A stretch of 64,000 bases of DNA from Eledone cirrhosa (GCA_964016885.1 CAXHJY010000081.1:35638-99637); one strand, 5' to 3'; positions 1 through 12,605 are shown, counted from the first letter of the stretch. Made by a program: numbers and translations. Notes: a model not told the origin generated them from the letters alone.

Positions 1-361
1 AACCCCTCCCCCCTCAGCTTTTTGGGTGGAGGGAGGGCGGAGGGCGCAGGTTGGTCTGATTAGTTTTTTTTTGTTTTTTTTTTTTGTTTTTTGTCGGATT
101 GTTTTCGAGGGGGGGGGGGCTTTTTCAGATTTTTTCTTTTCTGATTTTTTTTCTGGTGTTTTATTTTTTGTTTTTTTTTTGTTTTGTTCTCCCCCCTCAC
201 ACCTCACTTCTGCCCCACCCCACTCCTCCCCCACCCCCACTCCCACGGATTATTTTTATGCTTTTCTCTTTATTTCAAATTTATTTTTTACTGTAATTTT
301 TGAAAAAATATATTTATAATTATCCTTGCTTGTCTTCACTTCTTCCCACCATTCCTCTCTC

Positions 362-670
362 GCCTATCCTCCCACAACTCCCTCCCCTCTTCATCCCACA
401 ACTCCCTCCCCTCTTCATCCCACAACTCTCTCCCCTCTTCATCCCACAACTCCCTCCCCTCTTCATCCCACAACTCCCTCCCCTCTTCATCCCACAACTC
501 CCTCCCCTCTTCATCCCACGACTCCCTCCCCTCTTCATCCCACGACTCCCTCCCCTCTTCATCCCACAACTCTCTCCCCTCTTCATCCCACAACTCCCTC
601 CCCTCTTCATCACACAACTCCCTCCCCTCTTCATCACACAACTCCCTCCCCCTTTCATCCCACAACTCCA
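362..670. repeat. 24-bp minisatellite (cctcccctcttcatcccacaactc), about 13 copies
   Basis: Tandem repetition is directly visible and explains the PPLFIPQL ORFs. Confidence 0.95.
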
Positions 671-769
671 CTAACTCCCACCATTCACCTAACTCTTATC
701 ACTCCCCTTATTCCCACCACTCCTCTTCATCCCACCATCACCCTAAACCGCCCCTCCCACCACTCCCTT

Positions 770-2285
770 CATCCCACCAACTCCCACACTCCATAACTCC
801 CACCCCACTCCACCATCCCACCACTCCACCAACTCCCACACTCCATAACTCCCACCAGACTCCACCATCCCACCACTCCACCAACTCCCACACTCCATAA
901 CTCCCACCACACTCCACCATCCCACCAACTCCCACACTCCATAACTCCCACCACACTCCACCATCCCACCACTCCACCAACTCCCACACTCCATAACTCC
1001 CACCACACTCCACCATCCCACCAACTCCCACACTCCATAACTCCTAGCACACTCCCACACTCCATAACTCCCACCACACTCCACCATCCCACCACTCCAC
1101 CAACTCCCACACTCCATAACTCCCACCCCACTCCACCATCCCACCACTCCACCAACTCCCACACTCCATAACTCCCACCAGACTCCACCATCCCACCACT
1201 CCACCAACTCCCACACTCCATAACTCCCACCACACTCCACCATCCCACCAACTCCCACACTCCATAACTCCCACCACACTCCACCATCCCACCACTCCAC
1301 CAACTCCCACACTCCATAACTCCCACCACACTCCACCATCCCACCAACTCCCACACTCCATAACTCCTAGCACACTCCCACACTCCATAACTCCCACCAG
1401 ACTCCACCATCCCACCACTCCCCCATCCCACCACTCCACCAACTCCCACACTCCATAACTCCCACCACACTCCATAACTCCCACCACACTCCATAACTCC
1501 CACCACACTCCACCATCCCACCACTCCACCAACTCCCACACTCCATAACTCCCACCAGACTCCACCATCCCACCACTCCCCCATCCCACCACTCCACCAA
1601 CTCCCACACTCCATAACTCCCACCACACTCCATAACTCCCACCACACTCCATAACTCCCACCACACTCCACCATCCCACCACTCCACCAACTCCCACACT
1701 CCATAACTCCCACCACACTCCACCATCCCACCAACTCCCACACTCCATAACTCCTAGCACACTCCCACACTCCATAACTCCCACCACACTCCACCATCCC
1801 ACCACTCCACCAACTCCCACACTCCATAACTCCCACCACACTCCACCATCCCACCAACTTCCACACTCCATAACTCCCAGCACACTCCACCACTCCACCA
1901 ACTCCCACACTCCACCATCCCACCACTCCACCAACTCCCACACTCCATAACTCCCACCACTCCATAACTCTCACCACTCCACCAACTCCCACACTCCATA
2001 ACTCCCAGCACACTCCACCACTCCACCAACTCCCACACTCCATAACTCCCAGCACACTCCACCACTCCACCAACTCCCACACTCCATAACTCCCACCACA
2101 CTCCACCATCCCACCACTCCACAAACTCCCACCACTCCATAACTCTCACCACTCCACCAACTCCCACACTCCATAACTCCCACCACACTCCACCATCCCA
2201 CCACTCCACAAACTCCCACACTCCATAACTCCCACCACACTCCTCCATCCCACCACGCCACCAACTCCCACCACTCCACCAACTT
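770..2285. repeat. Complex C/A-rich minisatellite (ccaccaactcccacactccataactc modules)
   Basis: Shuffled short modules repeated over about 1.5 kb. Confidence 0.95.
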
Positions 2286-2487
2286 TCACTACTTCCCTTA
2301 CTCCGACCACTCCCTTCCCTCCTACCACATCTATCCCCTGTTCCTTTTCCTCCCTAATCCCTTTTTTAACCCCATTTTTCCGTTATCTCTTCCCTTTGTT
2401 AAATTTCAGTTTTTTTCTCTTTTTAGGGGTTTTATAAAATAAAACAATTATATTTTATTTTATTTATTAACAAAAGGAGAGATAATA

Positions 2488-2915
2488 ATGGTGGCGGTGG
2501 TGGTGGAAGTGGTGGTGGTGGTGGTAGTGGTGGTGGTGGTGGTGGTGGTGGTGGTGGTAATAGTGGTGGTGGTGGTGGTAGTAATAGTGGTGGTGGTGGT
2601 GGTGGAGGTGGAGGTGGTGGTGGTGGTGGTAGTGGTAGTGGTGGTAGTGGTAGTGGTAGTAATAGTGGTGGTGGTGGCGGTGGTGGTAGTAATAGTGGTG
2701 GTGGTGGTGGTGGTAGTGGTGGTGGTAGTAATAGTGGTGGTGGTGGTGGTGGTAGTAATAGTGGTGGTGGTGGTGGTAATAGTGGTGGTGGTGGTAGTGG
2801 TGGTAGTGGTAGTAATAGTAGTGGTGGTGGTGGTAATAGTGGTGGTGGCGGTGGTGGTGGTGGTGGTGGTGGTAGTGGTGGTAGTAATAGTGGTGGTGAT
2901 GCTGATGATGATGGT
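2488..2915. repeat. (GTG)n/(GTA)n trinucleotide tract
   Basis: Directly visible. Confidence 0.95.
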
Positions 2916-3109
2916 GAAGGGACGGGGATAGAGAATTGAGGGGTGAAATGGAAGAGGTGGGGGAAAGGATGGCAAAGCTGTGTATGGGAGGGGAGGGGTA
3001 AATAGAAAGGTTCAGTAAAAGTGTGTGTGTGTGGGGGGGGGGGGGCATTAAGGGGTCGAATGATGCTGAGGGAATGATGCGTATGTTTATAGAGGGAGGG
3101 AGAGGAGAA

Positions 3110-3680
3110 TGTGTACATGTATGTGTGTGTGTGTATGCCAGAGTATATGTATGTGTGTGTGTGTGTATGCCAGAGTATATGTATGTGTGTGTGTATGCCA
3201 GAGTATATGTATGTGTGTGTGTATGCCAGAGTATATGTATGTTTGTGTATGCAAAGGTATAGGTATGTGTGTGTGTATGCCAGAATATATGTATGTGTGT
3301 GTATGCAAAGGTATAGGTGTGTGTGTGTGTATGCCAGAATATATGTATGTGTGTGTATGCAAAGGTATAGGTGTGTGTGTGTGTATGCCAGAATATATGT
3401 ATGTGTGTGTATGCAAAGGTATAGGTGTGTGTGTGTGTATGCCAGAATATATGTATGTGTGTGTATGCAAAGGTATAGGTGTGTGTGTGTGTATGCAAAG
3501 GTATAGGTGTGTGTGTGTGTATGCCAGAGTATATGTATGTGTGTGTATGCCAGGGTATATGTATGTGTGTGTGTGTATGCCAGAGTATATGTATGTATGT
3601 GTATGCAAAGGTATAGTTATGTGTGTGTGTGTATGCCAGAGTGTATGTATGTGTGTATGCAACGGTATATGTGTGTGTGT
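3110..3680. repeat. Compound (GT)n minisatellite with gccagagtatat / gcaaaggtatag units
   Basis: Directly visible. Confidence 0.9.
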
Positions 3681-4001
3681 AAGTGGTTTGAGGGATATCT
3701 GGTTGCTATTTCTTGCAAGTAAAGGAACCACGTGAACGTTGCTTTAGCGTTAAAGTATTATATATATATATTTTTTCATATATATGAAAAGTTAGGGGCC
3801 CCAACGGCTGAGCTCCTGCCGTTTCAACAGCTAATTCCGGGTACTCTGGTGAGTAATGGTCTAACAGGTTTTTACTTCATCCATTCTGATATATATATAT
3901 ATATATATATATATGTACGTTATTCCGGGTAGAATCGGAGGTAACCACAGTAAGTAAGGTACTCAATACATAGCAGAGTATAAAAGTTTTAATATAGATG
4001 A

Positions 4002-4050
4002 GATTCTACAGGACTAGAACTGTTTCATTCTTTAGAAATCATCAGGAATC
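4002..4050 (-). ncRNA. Type I hammerhead ribozyme, family A
   Basis: Reverse complement reads gattc-CTGATGA-t.ttc taaa gaa.t-GAAA-cag ttctagtc ctg-TA-gaatc. Stems I, II and III pair; GUA cleavage triplet. Confidence 0.8.
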
Positions 4051-4089
4051 ATTCCTGATGATTTCATTCTTTAGAAATCATCAGGAATC

Positions 4090-4136
4090 ATTCCTGATGA
4101 TTTCTAAAGAATGAAACAGTTCTAGTCCTGTAGAAT
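4090..4136 (+). ncRNA. Type I hammerhead ribozyme, family A
   Basis: attc-CTGATGA-tttctaaagaat-GAAA-cagttctagtcctg-TA-gaat. Confidence 0.8.
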
Positions 4137-4150
4137 CTCATCTATATTAA

Positions 4151-4190
<40 letters not shown>

Positions 4191-4192
<2 letters not shown>

Positions 4193-4684
4193 CGAGTAAA
4201 ATTCCTGAGATCCATGGACGAGTTCTCTCCAGCGGTCTCTGTCCCTCATTATCGCTGCCATGTTCTGCGTCTCCAACAGACCAGTGTCTGTCCTTAGGGC
4301 ATCGACATACGTTAACCTTGGTCTTCCTCTTCCAGTGTGTCCATGTAGGGGCTCCCACAGGAGCACTGAGTGCAGTGTCAACTCTGGATGTCGGTGAGCA
4401 TGTCCAGCTAACCTCAGTCTCCCTCTTCCAGTGTGTCCGTGCAGGAACACTGAGTGCAGTGTCAACTCTGGATGTCGGTGAGCATGTCCAGCTAATCTCA
4501 GTCTCCTGTGTCACTTTTGAGCTGACTTTTGGGAGGCTCCCGTACAGCTCTGAGTTCTTCATCCTCAGTGTATACTGATTAATGTTCAGAGCCATCCTCA
4601 GCCTTCTCGTGTAGCACCCATCCACCATCTGAGTGAGTTTCTTGGTCAGTGTCCAAGTCTCAGACCCGTACAGCAGTATTAAAC
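4191..4684 (-). mobile_element. RTE-like LINE 3' fragment (post-RT region) with an internal duplication
   Basis: Translation gives ILLYGSETWTLTK..DGCYTR.LRMALN, RLRLAGH.HRH, LLWEP.HG..GRGRP..TYVD and MRDRDRWR, typical of the RTE C-terminus. Confidence 0.85.
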
Positions 4685-4778
4685 TAGTAAGACCATTAGT
4701 TGGCAGAGAACTATACATATGGGATAGTAGAAAATCGGAGTCGACGGTTGAGCTCTTGCCCTTTCGACAGCTAATTCC

Positions 4779-4815
<37 letters not shown>

Positions 4816-4972
4816 CAAATAATTTCGTTTCGTTATTTGTTTTTATCGTCTCCGCTGAACCGGTGCGTACTCACACTCTATGCAAATTAGTCTGCCCACT
4901 ACTAATTTTCATAGAAAAAGCATATAACGATATGTGCTTTTACAATTCTCCAGAAAGGCCGGTAGATAGGTA

Positions 4973-5017
4973 AATATTGCTGATGAGTTGTAACAACAAC
5001 GAAACTAGTTCAATATT
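4973..5017 (+). ncRNA. Minimal type I hammerhead ribozyme with canonical core
   Basis: aatattg-CTGATGA-gttg taacaa caac-GAAA-ctag-TT-caatatt: 7-bp stem I, G10.1-C11.1 stem II, palindromic CTAG stem III, GUU site. Confidence 0.9.
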
Positions 5018-5234
5018 CCTTGTCTGGCTTTCTGGAGAATAGAGGGAAGGTGTTCCCCCGAAAAACCAGTATGACTCTAAAAACCGGTTTGTCTGTGTGT
5101 TTACACACAGAATAGCTGGGCCGCTCACTGTAAAGCGACCAGTGAAAGACTTGGTACACCTACATATGTATACGTGTGTGTATTCATATACACACTAGTA
5201 TTTCAGTATGCATATGTAGATGTACATTTTTAAC

Positions 5235-5265
<31 letters not shown>

Positions 5266-5296
5266 GAAGTGGTTACACAACAGTTAGTTCACCATA

Positions 5297-5336
5297 CCGA
5301 GAACAATTGTTTCACCTTCGCGGATCTTCAGCTCGG
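5297..5336 (-). ncRNA. Minimal type I hammerhead ribozyme
   Basis: Reverse complement ccgag-CTGAAGA-t.cc gcgaa gg.t-GAAA-caattg-TT-ctcgg, with a palindromic stem III. Confidence 0.85.
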
Positions 5337-5410
5337 GATGTATATGGAATGTATATGGACAACCGTATGGAATTAGCTGTCGAAACGATATATATATAGG
5401 AACGAGTAGG

Positions 5411-5506
5411 ACCCCGACGGCTGAGCTCAAGTCGTTTCGACGGCTAATTCTGGACTAAATGAAAATTTTTATCCTGGTATTTGAATAGCCGAGCTTCTCA
5501 AGGGGT
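5411..5506 (-). ncRNA. Hammerhead-like motif with a U3-A8 variant core (family B, full copy)
   Basis: Reverse complement acccc-TTGAGAA-g..cggcta...tagccg.c-GAAA-cgact tgagctc agccg-TC-ggggt. Stem I is acccc/ggggt; GUC site. Confidence 0.6.
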
Positions 5507-5640
5507 AATTCCATATATGGTAAAAGTGATTGTCACAAGGATTGGTCAAAAGTTTGTTCTTGAGACATAATAATTCTATGATGGAAATTTGTGGAGGGAG
5601 AGGGTAGCTGAACCTTCGTTATATATATATATATATATAT

Positions 5641-5852
5641 AACGAAGGAAATGTGGTAAGGAACCAGGTGGACCATAAGGCACCAAAGTACTCAATACTT
5701 AGGGTAGTAGAGTGGGTAATAGGAACGAGTAGGACCACCCCGACAGCTGAGCTCAAGCCGTTTCGACGGCTAATTCTGGACTCAGAATTCTGAGTCCAGA
5801 ATTAGTCGTCGAAACAGCTTGAGCTCAGCCGTCGGGGTCCTACTCGTTCCTA
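5641..5852. mobile_element. Family B (TA)n-inserted fold-back element with only the 3' half of a hammerhead in each arm
   Basis: Inverted arms ggaacgagtaggac...gtcctactcgttcc. Related copies at about 3786, 4720, 5398, 6650, 8400, 12391, 34941, 56927 and 60950. Confidence 0.75.
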
Positions 5853-5896
<44 letters not shown>

Positions 5897-6763
5897 CTCC
5901 CCTTCTCTCTCTCGCTCTCTAGAAAGAGAGACAGAGAAGCTGACAGATACACAGACAAAAATACAAAGAGAGAAATTGAAAAGGGGCAGAAAATCAGAGA
6001 GAAAGAGAGAGAGGGGGGGGGGGTAGAACGAGAGAGGGGGAGAGAAAACGAGAAAGAGAGAGAGAGTGTGTGACAGAGGGGGACAGGTGCCGATAAGAAA
6101 AGGGTAGAAGACAGCACACAGGCTGACAACAACAACACCACGACTTTTCTGAGGGTTTCTTTCTTCCCCCTCGACTCGTTCCCTTTTCGTTGCGCCCTAA
6201 ATCTCCCTCCTCCATAAACTGACTTAAGCAATGAGGCGAACACAAGGGAGTGAACCCTGTTGTTACAACACCGTCACCCCTGCTGTTTAACGAGAGGGGG
6301 GTGTTTGTGAGAGGGAGGGCTATTCTATCAGCCTGCTATCCCGCCCCCTTTTCTTCTGCCTCTCTACCCACCCACCTGCCCACCTACCTACATCTTTCTA
6401 TTGAGCGAGCAGTGCACACGAGGGAGGTAAAAAAACCAAGTACTCTAACGCTACGTTCACGCGGTCCCCTTACTTGCTAGAAATAGCAGCCAGATAGCCC
6501 CCATTTACACACACACACACACACACATATACCCTGGCGTATTAAAAAACAACAACTTCATATTGGATAATGTACTTTTAGAGAAGCTGTGTTTTCCGTA
6601 CACACACATCTTGCATTACACACACACACACACACATATATATATAAATATAGGAACGAGTAGGACCCCGACGGCTGAGCTCAAGCTGTTTCGACGACTA
6701 ATATATATATGTGTGTGTGTGTGTGTAATATATATGTGTGTGTGTGTGTGTGTAATATATATA

Positions 6764-6796
<33 letters not shown>

Positions 6797-6929
6797 GTAG
6801 GAGGTGAGTTTTATTGTAGCACAATAAAGCAATGCAAATATCGGATAAGTAGCACTCTACAGTTTGTAGGACTTTGTTTTTGAAATGCGCATAATAAAAT
6901 ACTTGGAACTCTTTTAACCATCTTTTGAT

Positions 6930-6985
<56 letters not shown>

Positions 6986-7112
6986 GTAGTTTAGAAAGCC
7001 ACAACAATGCAGATGGGAAATCTCGAGGTAGGAAGTGAGTGAGAAATAGGAGAAAAGTGAAAATTGAGAGAAACGAAAATGAAAACAAAACAAAGGTAGA
7101 AGGTTAGAAGGG

Positions 7113-7160
<48 letters not shown>

Positions 7161-7200
7161 GTACGTATGTATGTATGAATGTATGTACGTATGTATGTAC

Positions 7201-7275
<75 letters not shown>

Positions 7276-7602
7276 TATTTCCAAAATGGCCGCCGGCACA
7301 CTGAAAAATAAATTATCCAGAATTCTTTTCTTGCACTAGTTTATCATTCTATTTCTTCTTTCTCTGTCTTTCTCTCTCTCTCTCTTTCACACACACCCTT
7401 ACTCTCTCTCTCTCACACACACCCTTACTCTCTCTCACACTCTCTCGCTCTGTTGCGACGAAGAACTAACGTCCGAAACATTGAAAAACTTCTACTGAAT
7501 CAAATCTTAGATAGGCATATATCCTCATTGTATTGTATTGTTCTCGTGGGTTGGTGTTGGTTGTTGATTTTTCTCACACACATAGTATATATATATATAT
7601 AT

Positions 7603-7662
<60 letters not shown>

Positions 7663-7891
7663 AGAGAGAGAGAGAGATTGTGTGTGTGAGAGAGAGAGAG
7701 AGATTGTGTGTGTGTGAGAGAGAGAGAGATTGTGTGTGTGTGAGAGAGAGATTGTGTGTGTGTGAGAGAGAGAGAAAGAGAGAGTTATGTGTGTGTGTGT
7801 GTGAGAGAGAGGGTTGTGTGTGTGAGAGAGAGAGAGTTGTGTGTGAGAGAGAGAGAGAGAGTTGTGTGTGTGTGAGAGAGAGAGAGAGTTA

Positions 7892-7923
<32 letters not shown>

Positions 7924-8266
7924 TTGTGTGTGTGAGAGAGAAAGAGAGAGAGTTGTGTGTGAGAGAGAAAGAGAGAGTTGTGTGTGTGAGAAAGAGAGAG
8001 AGTTGTGTGTGAGAGAGAAAGAGAGAGAGAGAGAGAGAGTTGTGTGTGTGAGAGAGGGGGGGGGGCTTGTAGACGTGTAGAAGTGATTGTGTGAAGAAGT
8101 GGGAGGAGGGTGCCAAGATGGCAGAAAGGGAAAGGGGGAGAAGGATGAGGAGATTAAGCCCCCTTTTTTACCTTGTTTTCTGTTGTATTTACTTTTATAA
8201 AGGATTACAACGGAGGAGGGATGTTGAATTGAATGACTGTAGGGTACCTACTGTTTGTGTGTGTGT

Positions 8267-8303
<37 letters not shown>

Positions 8304-8367
8304 TATGTATGTATGGATGGATTGATAGATGTGTATATGTATTATGTATGTATGTGTATTGGATGGA

Positions 8368-8399
<32 letters not shown>

Positions 8400-8403
<4 letters not shown>

Positions 8404-8580
8404 AAAATAGTCAGGACCCCGACGGCAGAGCTCAAGCGGTTTCGACGGCTCCAGAAATAGCCGTCGAAACAGCTGTCGTCGGGGTCCTGAATCTTTTCCT
8501 ATTTCCCACTCTACTACCCAAAGTATTGAGTACTCTGGTGCGTTACGGTCCATCTAGTTCCTTACCACACTTCCCTCGTT
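8400..8580 (+). mobile_element. Family B element copy
   Basis: Reverse complement of the 5641 element with a short fold-back; (TA)n on both sides. Confidence 0.75.
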
Positions 8581-8601
8581 ATATATATATTACAGAAATG
8601 G

Positions 8602-8649
8602 CTTTTACAGGACGAGAACTGTTTCATTCAAAGGAAATCATCAGGAAAG
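8602..8649 (-). ncRNA. Hammerhead motif, diverged family A variant
   Basis: Reverse complement ctttc-CTGATGA-tttcctttgaat-GAAA-cagttctcgtcctg-TA-aaag. The first stem I pair is mismatched. Confidence 0.6.
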
Positions 8650-8725
8650 ATATATATATATCGACAGAGATCGAACCTTGAGCTGATCAGTAGTGAAGTC
8701 ACCTTTCGTCCCTGTTCTATTATAG

Positions 8726-9240
8726 GGCGGTGGATTGGCAGTATCGGTAGAGGGTCGGACGCCATGCTTTGCAGCATGAAGTTACGTTTCTTTATGGTTT
8801 GAGTTCAAATCCCGTCGAGGTTAACTTTGCCTTTCATCCTTACGGGGTCGATAAAATAAAGTACCTGTCACGCACTAGGGTCGATTTTATCGACTTTCCC
8901 CTCTGCCAAAATTGTTGGCCTTGTGCCTATATAAGAAACCATTATTATTCAGTATCGGTAGAGGGTCGGACGCCATGCTTTGACGCATAGAGTTACGGCC
9001 CTTGCTATTCTGAGTTCAAATCCCGCCGCGGTTAACTTTGCCTTTCATCCTTACGGGGGTCGATAAAATAAAGTACCAGTAATGTACTGGGTAATTGCTG
9101 GCCTTGTGCCAAAAGTAGAAACAATTATTATATATATATATATGGCGGTGATTTGGCAGTATCGGTAGAGGGTCGGACGCCATGCTTTCCAGCATAGTTA
9201 CGTCCCTTTACGATCTGAGTTCAAATCCCGCCGAGGTTGA
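8726..9240 (+). mobile_element. Cluster of three tRNA-derived SINE copies (dominant family; about 19 copies or fragments in the window)
   Basis: A-box-like tggcagtatcggtag, B-box gagttcaaatcc, body actttgcctttcatccttacggggtcgataaaataaagtaccag, and an (att)n tail. Confidence 0.9.
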
Positions 9241-9241
9241 C

Positions 9242-9276
<35 letters not shown>

Positions 9277-9379
9277 ATGAGAGAGAGAGAGAGAGAGAGA
9301 GGGGAGCAAGAAACAAACATATACTCTTTTACTCTTTTACCTGTTTCAGCCATCCGGCTGAGGCCATGCTGGGGCACCG

Positions 9380-9471
<92 letters not shown>

Positions 9472-9720
9472 AGAGAGAGAGGGGGAGCAAGAAACATAAA
9501 CATATATATATATATATACAGTATTTTCCGTTGTGTTGTAATATAAATATTACACACAGTAGATTATCAGCTCACGTAGAGTTTGCTCGACGGTTCCAGT
9601 TGTAGTTCCAAAAGTAATCCGGAGAAAAATAGAAAGATTTGAATGGATACAGTTTAGTTGAAAGGAATTTATTGACACGTGTTTCTATAACAGTTACATA
9701 ACCTAAAACAGCTATCTACA

Positions 9721-9821
<101 letters not shown>

Positions 9822-10107
9822 GGGATTATGCGAGTTTTAAACTAACATGATACTTGCACAGATTACTCGATACTTTTGATAGTAGAGTGTAGATATATTA
9901 GAGCGATGGAACTTGTTGTCTAAGCTGCAAGAGCTCTGCCGTTGAAGGAGTTCGGGGAACAAATGATATTAGGGTTCAATACGTTAGGAGAGAAGAGGCA
10001 TTGTTTTATATAGAAGCCACAATGGCAGGACATTGTTAAATCCAATGACAATCGCTGCAAGCTATGCTGAAAACATCAGAGTATTGACAACAGAGTATGG
10101 ACTAATT

Positions 10108-10465
10108 ATGGTGGTGGTGGTGTTGGTTGTGTTGTAGTGGTTGTTGTCGGTTGTTGTTGGTGATGGGTGGCTGAGGTTGTTGGTTGTGGTGGTGGTGGTG
10201 TTGTTGGTTGTTGTGGTGGTGGTGTTGGTGGTGGTGGTGGTGGTGGTGGTGTTGTTGGTTGTTGTGGTGGTGGTGGTGGTGTTGGTTGTATTGTAGTGGT
10301 TGTTGTCGGTTGTTGTTGGTGATGGGTGGCTGAGGTTGTTGGTTGTTGGTTGTGGTGGTGGTGGTGGTGGTGGTGGTGTTGTTGTTGTTGTGATGATGGT
10401 GATGGTGATGTTATTCTTGGTGGTGGTTGTGGTATTGATGATGATGTTGATGTTGATGGTGTTGA
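10108..10465. repeat. (GGT)/(GTT) trinucleotide-derived tract
   Basis: Directly visible. Confidence 0.9.
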
Positions 10466-10614
10466 CAGTCCAGGTCAGGTGACAACCATGTTTATATTGG
10501 TGCCGAGTGTCTGCTGTTCCCTTCTTTCTTCTCAGTCCATCAGTTTGTTGAAAATACGTGGTATTAACATATTCTAGGAATTGGCTCGTTTCTATAGGGT
10601 CACAGTGTATACAC

Positions 10615-10769
<155 letters not shown>

Positions 10770-10809
10770 TATATACATATATATATAGAGAGAGAGATAA
10801 AGAGAGAGA

Positions 10810-10850
<41 letters not shown>

Positions 10851-11076
10851 CATATATATATATATATACATATATATATACATATATATAGAGAGAGAGA
10901 GAAAGAGAGAGATGTGTGTGTGTGTGTGTAAGGGTGTGTGTGTGCTTATGATTTGTTCGCTAAATACACACACAAACACACTGCGTGTGAGTATATATAT
11001 GCAGATACGTGTGAATAAGTATGTGTGTGTGTGTGTCTATCTATCTATCTCTCTCTCTCTCTACGCACACACACAC

Positions 11077-11147
<71 letters not shown>

Positions 11148-11188
11148 CGCACACACACATATATATACACACACACACACATATATAT

Positions 11189-11223
<35 letters not shown>

Positions 11224-11248
11224 CACACACATATATATATACATATAA

Positions 11249-11306
<58 letters not shown>

Positions 11307-11396
11307 GCACACACACATATATATATACACACACACACACACATATATATACACACACACACATACACATATATATATATATATATACACACACAT

Positions 11397-11454
<58 letters not shown>

Positions 11455-11913
11455 GTATATTTATACACGCAGTTTAAGCACACATTGTATTGTGTACTGA
11501 AACTCTATCCTTCGGGGTTAACACTACACCCCACCACCACCACCAAAAACCCCGCCGCCTCCCACCTGACATAGCCTCGTTTTCATCTCAGTTACTTTCA
11601 GAAATGTCAGTACTGAGGGAACAAGGAATTTGCTGTTATTGTGTTTTTTTTAATGTTTTTTGGTTCTTTTTAATGTATTTTAGGGAGCACACAAAAAAAA
11701 TGTCCCCTATTTCCCAACCAACATTTGAAGGGAGATTTACGTGTGTGCAAGTTAAGATGAATGGCAGAGGCCCCCCGTCTGTGTGTGCTTTGTTCCTCTT
11801 GTATATTAAATGTAAAACTCTGACAAGCCAACTAAAGAGAAAGACTGTCCCTAAGTGGACTTTAGTACATACTAGAAACAGCAGCCAAAATCTCTCCCCA
11901 CTCCCTACAATCT

Positions 11914-11945
<32 letters not shown>

Positions 11946-11979
11946 TGTATGTATGTATGTATGTATGTATGTATGTATG

Positions 11980-12364
11980 TTGTCAAGGCAGAATTCTAGG
12001 AGAAGGAAAACTCTGATATAACACCTGCAACCCTGATGGTATCCAATGATGTTGACTTGTTCTTTTTGGTAAATATCATCTTGGTTAAGAGAGTGGGACT
12101 GGCTTTGTGCAGTGCCTTTGCTCACTATAAAAGCTTCACGGCACAGGCATTGTTTTATATCTGGAGATCTCTCTGCACTTGTCGTCACATGGTACCATGG
12201 GCCCAACACTATGTGTCAATAATTGTCACAAGTGTAGTGTTTGTACCAGAGTTTTCAAGTCGCTGGCTGGACTAAAAAGTCACACTCGTTCAGCGCATCG
12301 GTAGGGGTTCTCCTACATGGATATAAAGTAGTGGCCGTACTCGAAAACGAGTTGGCAGCCACCA
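11980..12364. mobile_element. Dispersed repeat of about 385 bp embedded in (TATG)n, with a near-identical copy at 48511-48844
   Basis: The two copies are nearly identical over about 335 bp and both are flanked by tatg repeats. Confidence 0.8.
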
Positions 12365-12541
12365 TGTATGTATAAATATATATAAATATAAAACAAAGAA
12401 AGTGTGGTAAGAAACCAGGTAGACCATAACGCACCAGAGTACTCGATACTTAGGGTAGTAGAGTGGGTAATAGGGAAAGAGTCAGGACCCCGACGGCTGA
12501 GCTCCGGCCGTTTCGACAGGTAGATTAGATCCGAACTCGTT

Positions 12542-12605
<64 letters not shown>

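Larger units (their letters stand above)
3916..4153. mobile_element. Family A (TA)n-inserted fold-back element, putative Penelope-like pLTR derivative with two opposed hammerheads
   Basis: Same sequence recurs at 35538, 42581, 54137 and 63110. Arms are inverted and (TA)n lies on both sides. Confidence 0.75.

Noticed and set aside
300-3735. Long ORFs (up to 451 aa) of Pro, Thr, His, Val or Gly-Trp repeats, and similar ORFs across the window
   Set aside because: Open in several frames on both strands because the underlying micro- and minisatellites lack stops; no domain signal.
7455-7485. gcgacgaagaactaacgtccgaaacattg, a possible decayed hammerhead (similar cases near 37935, 44900 and 61230)
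   Set aside because: Core nucleotides or stems are broken; too degenerate to call.
10500-10600. Minus-strand [15 protein letters not shown] resembling a PLE RT motif
   Set aside because: Too short, and it lacks the following MG and DD motifs.
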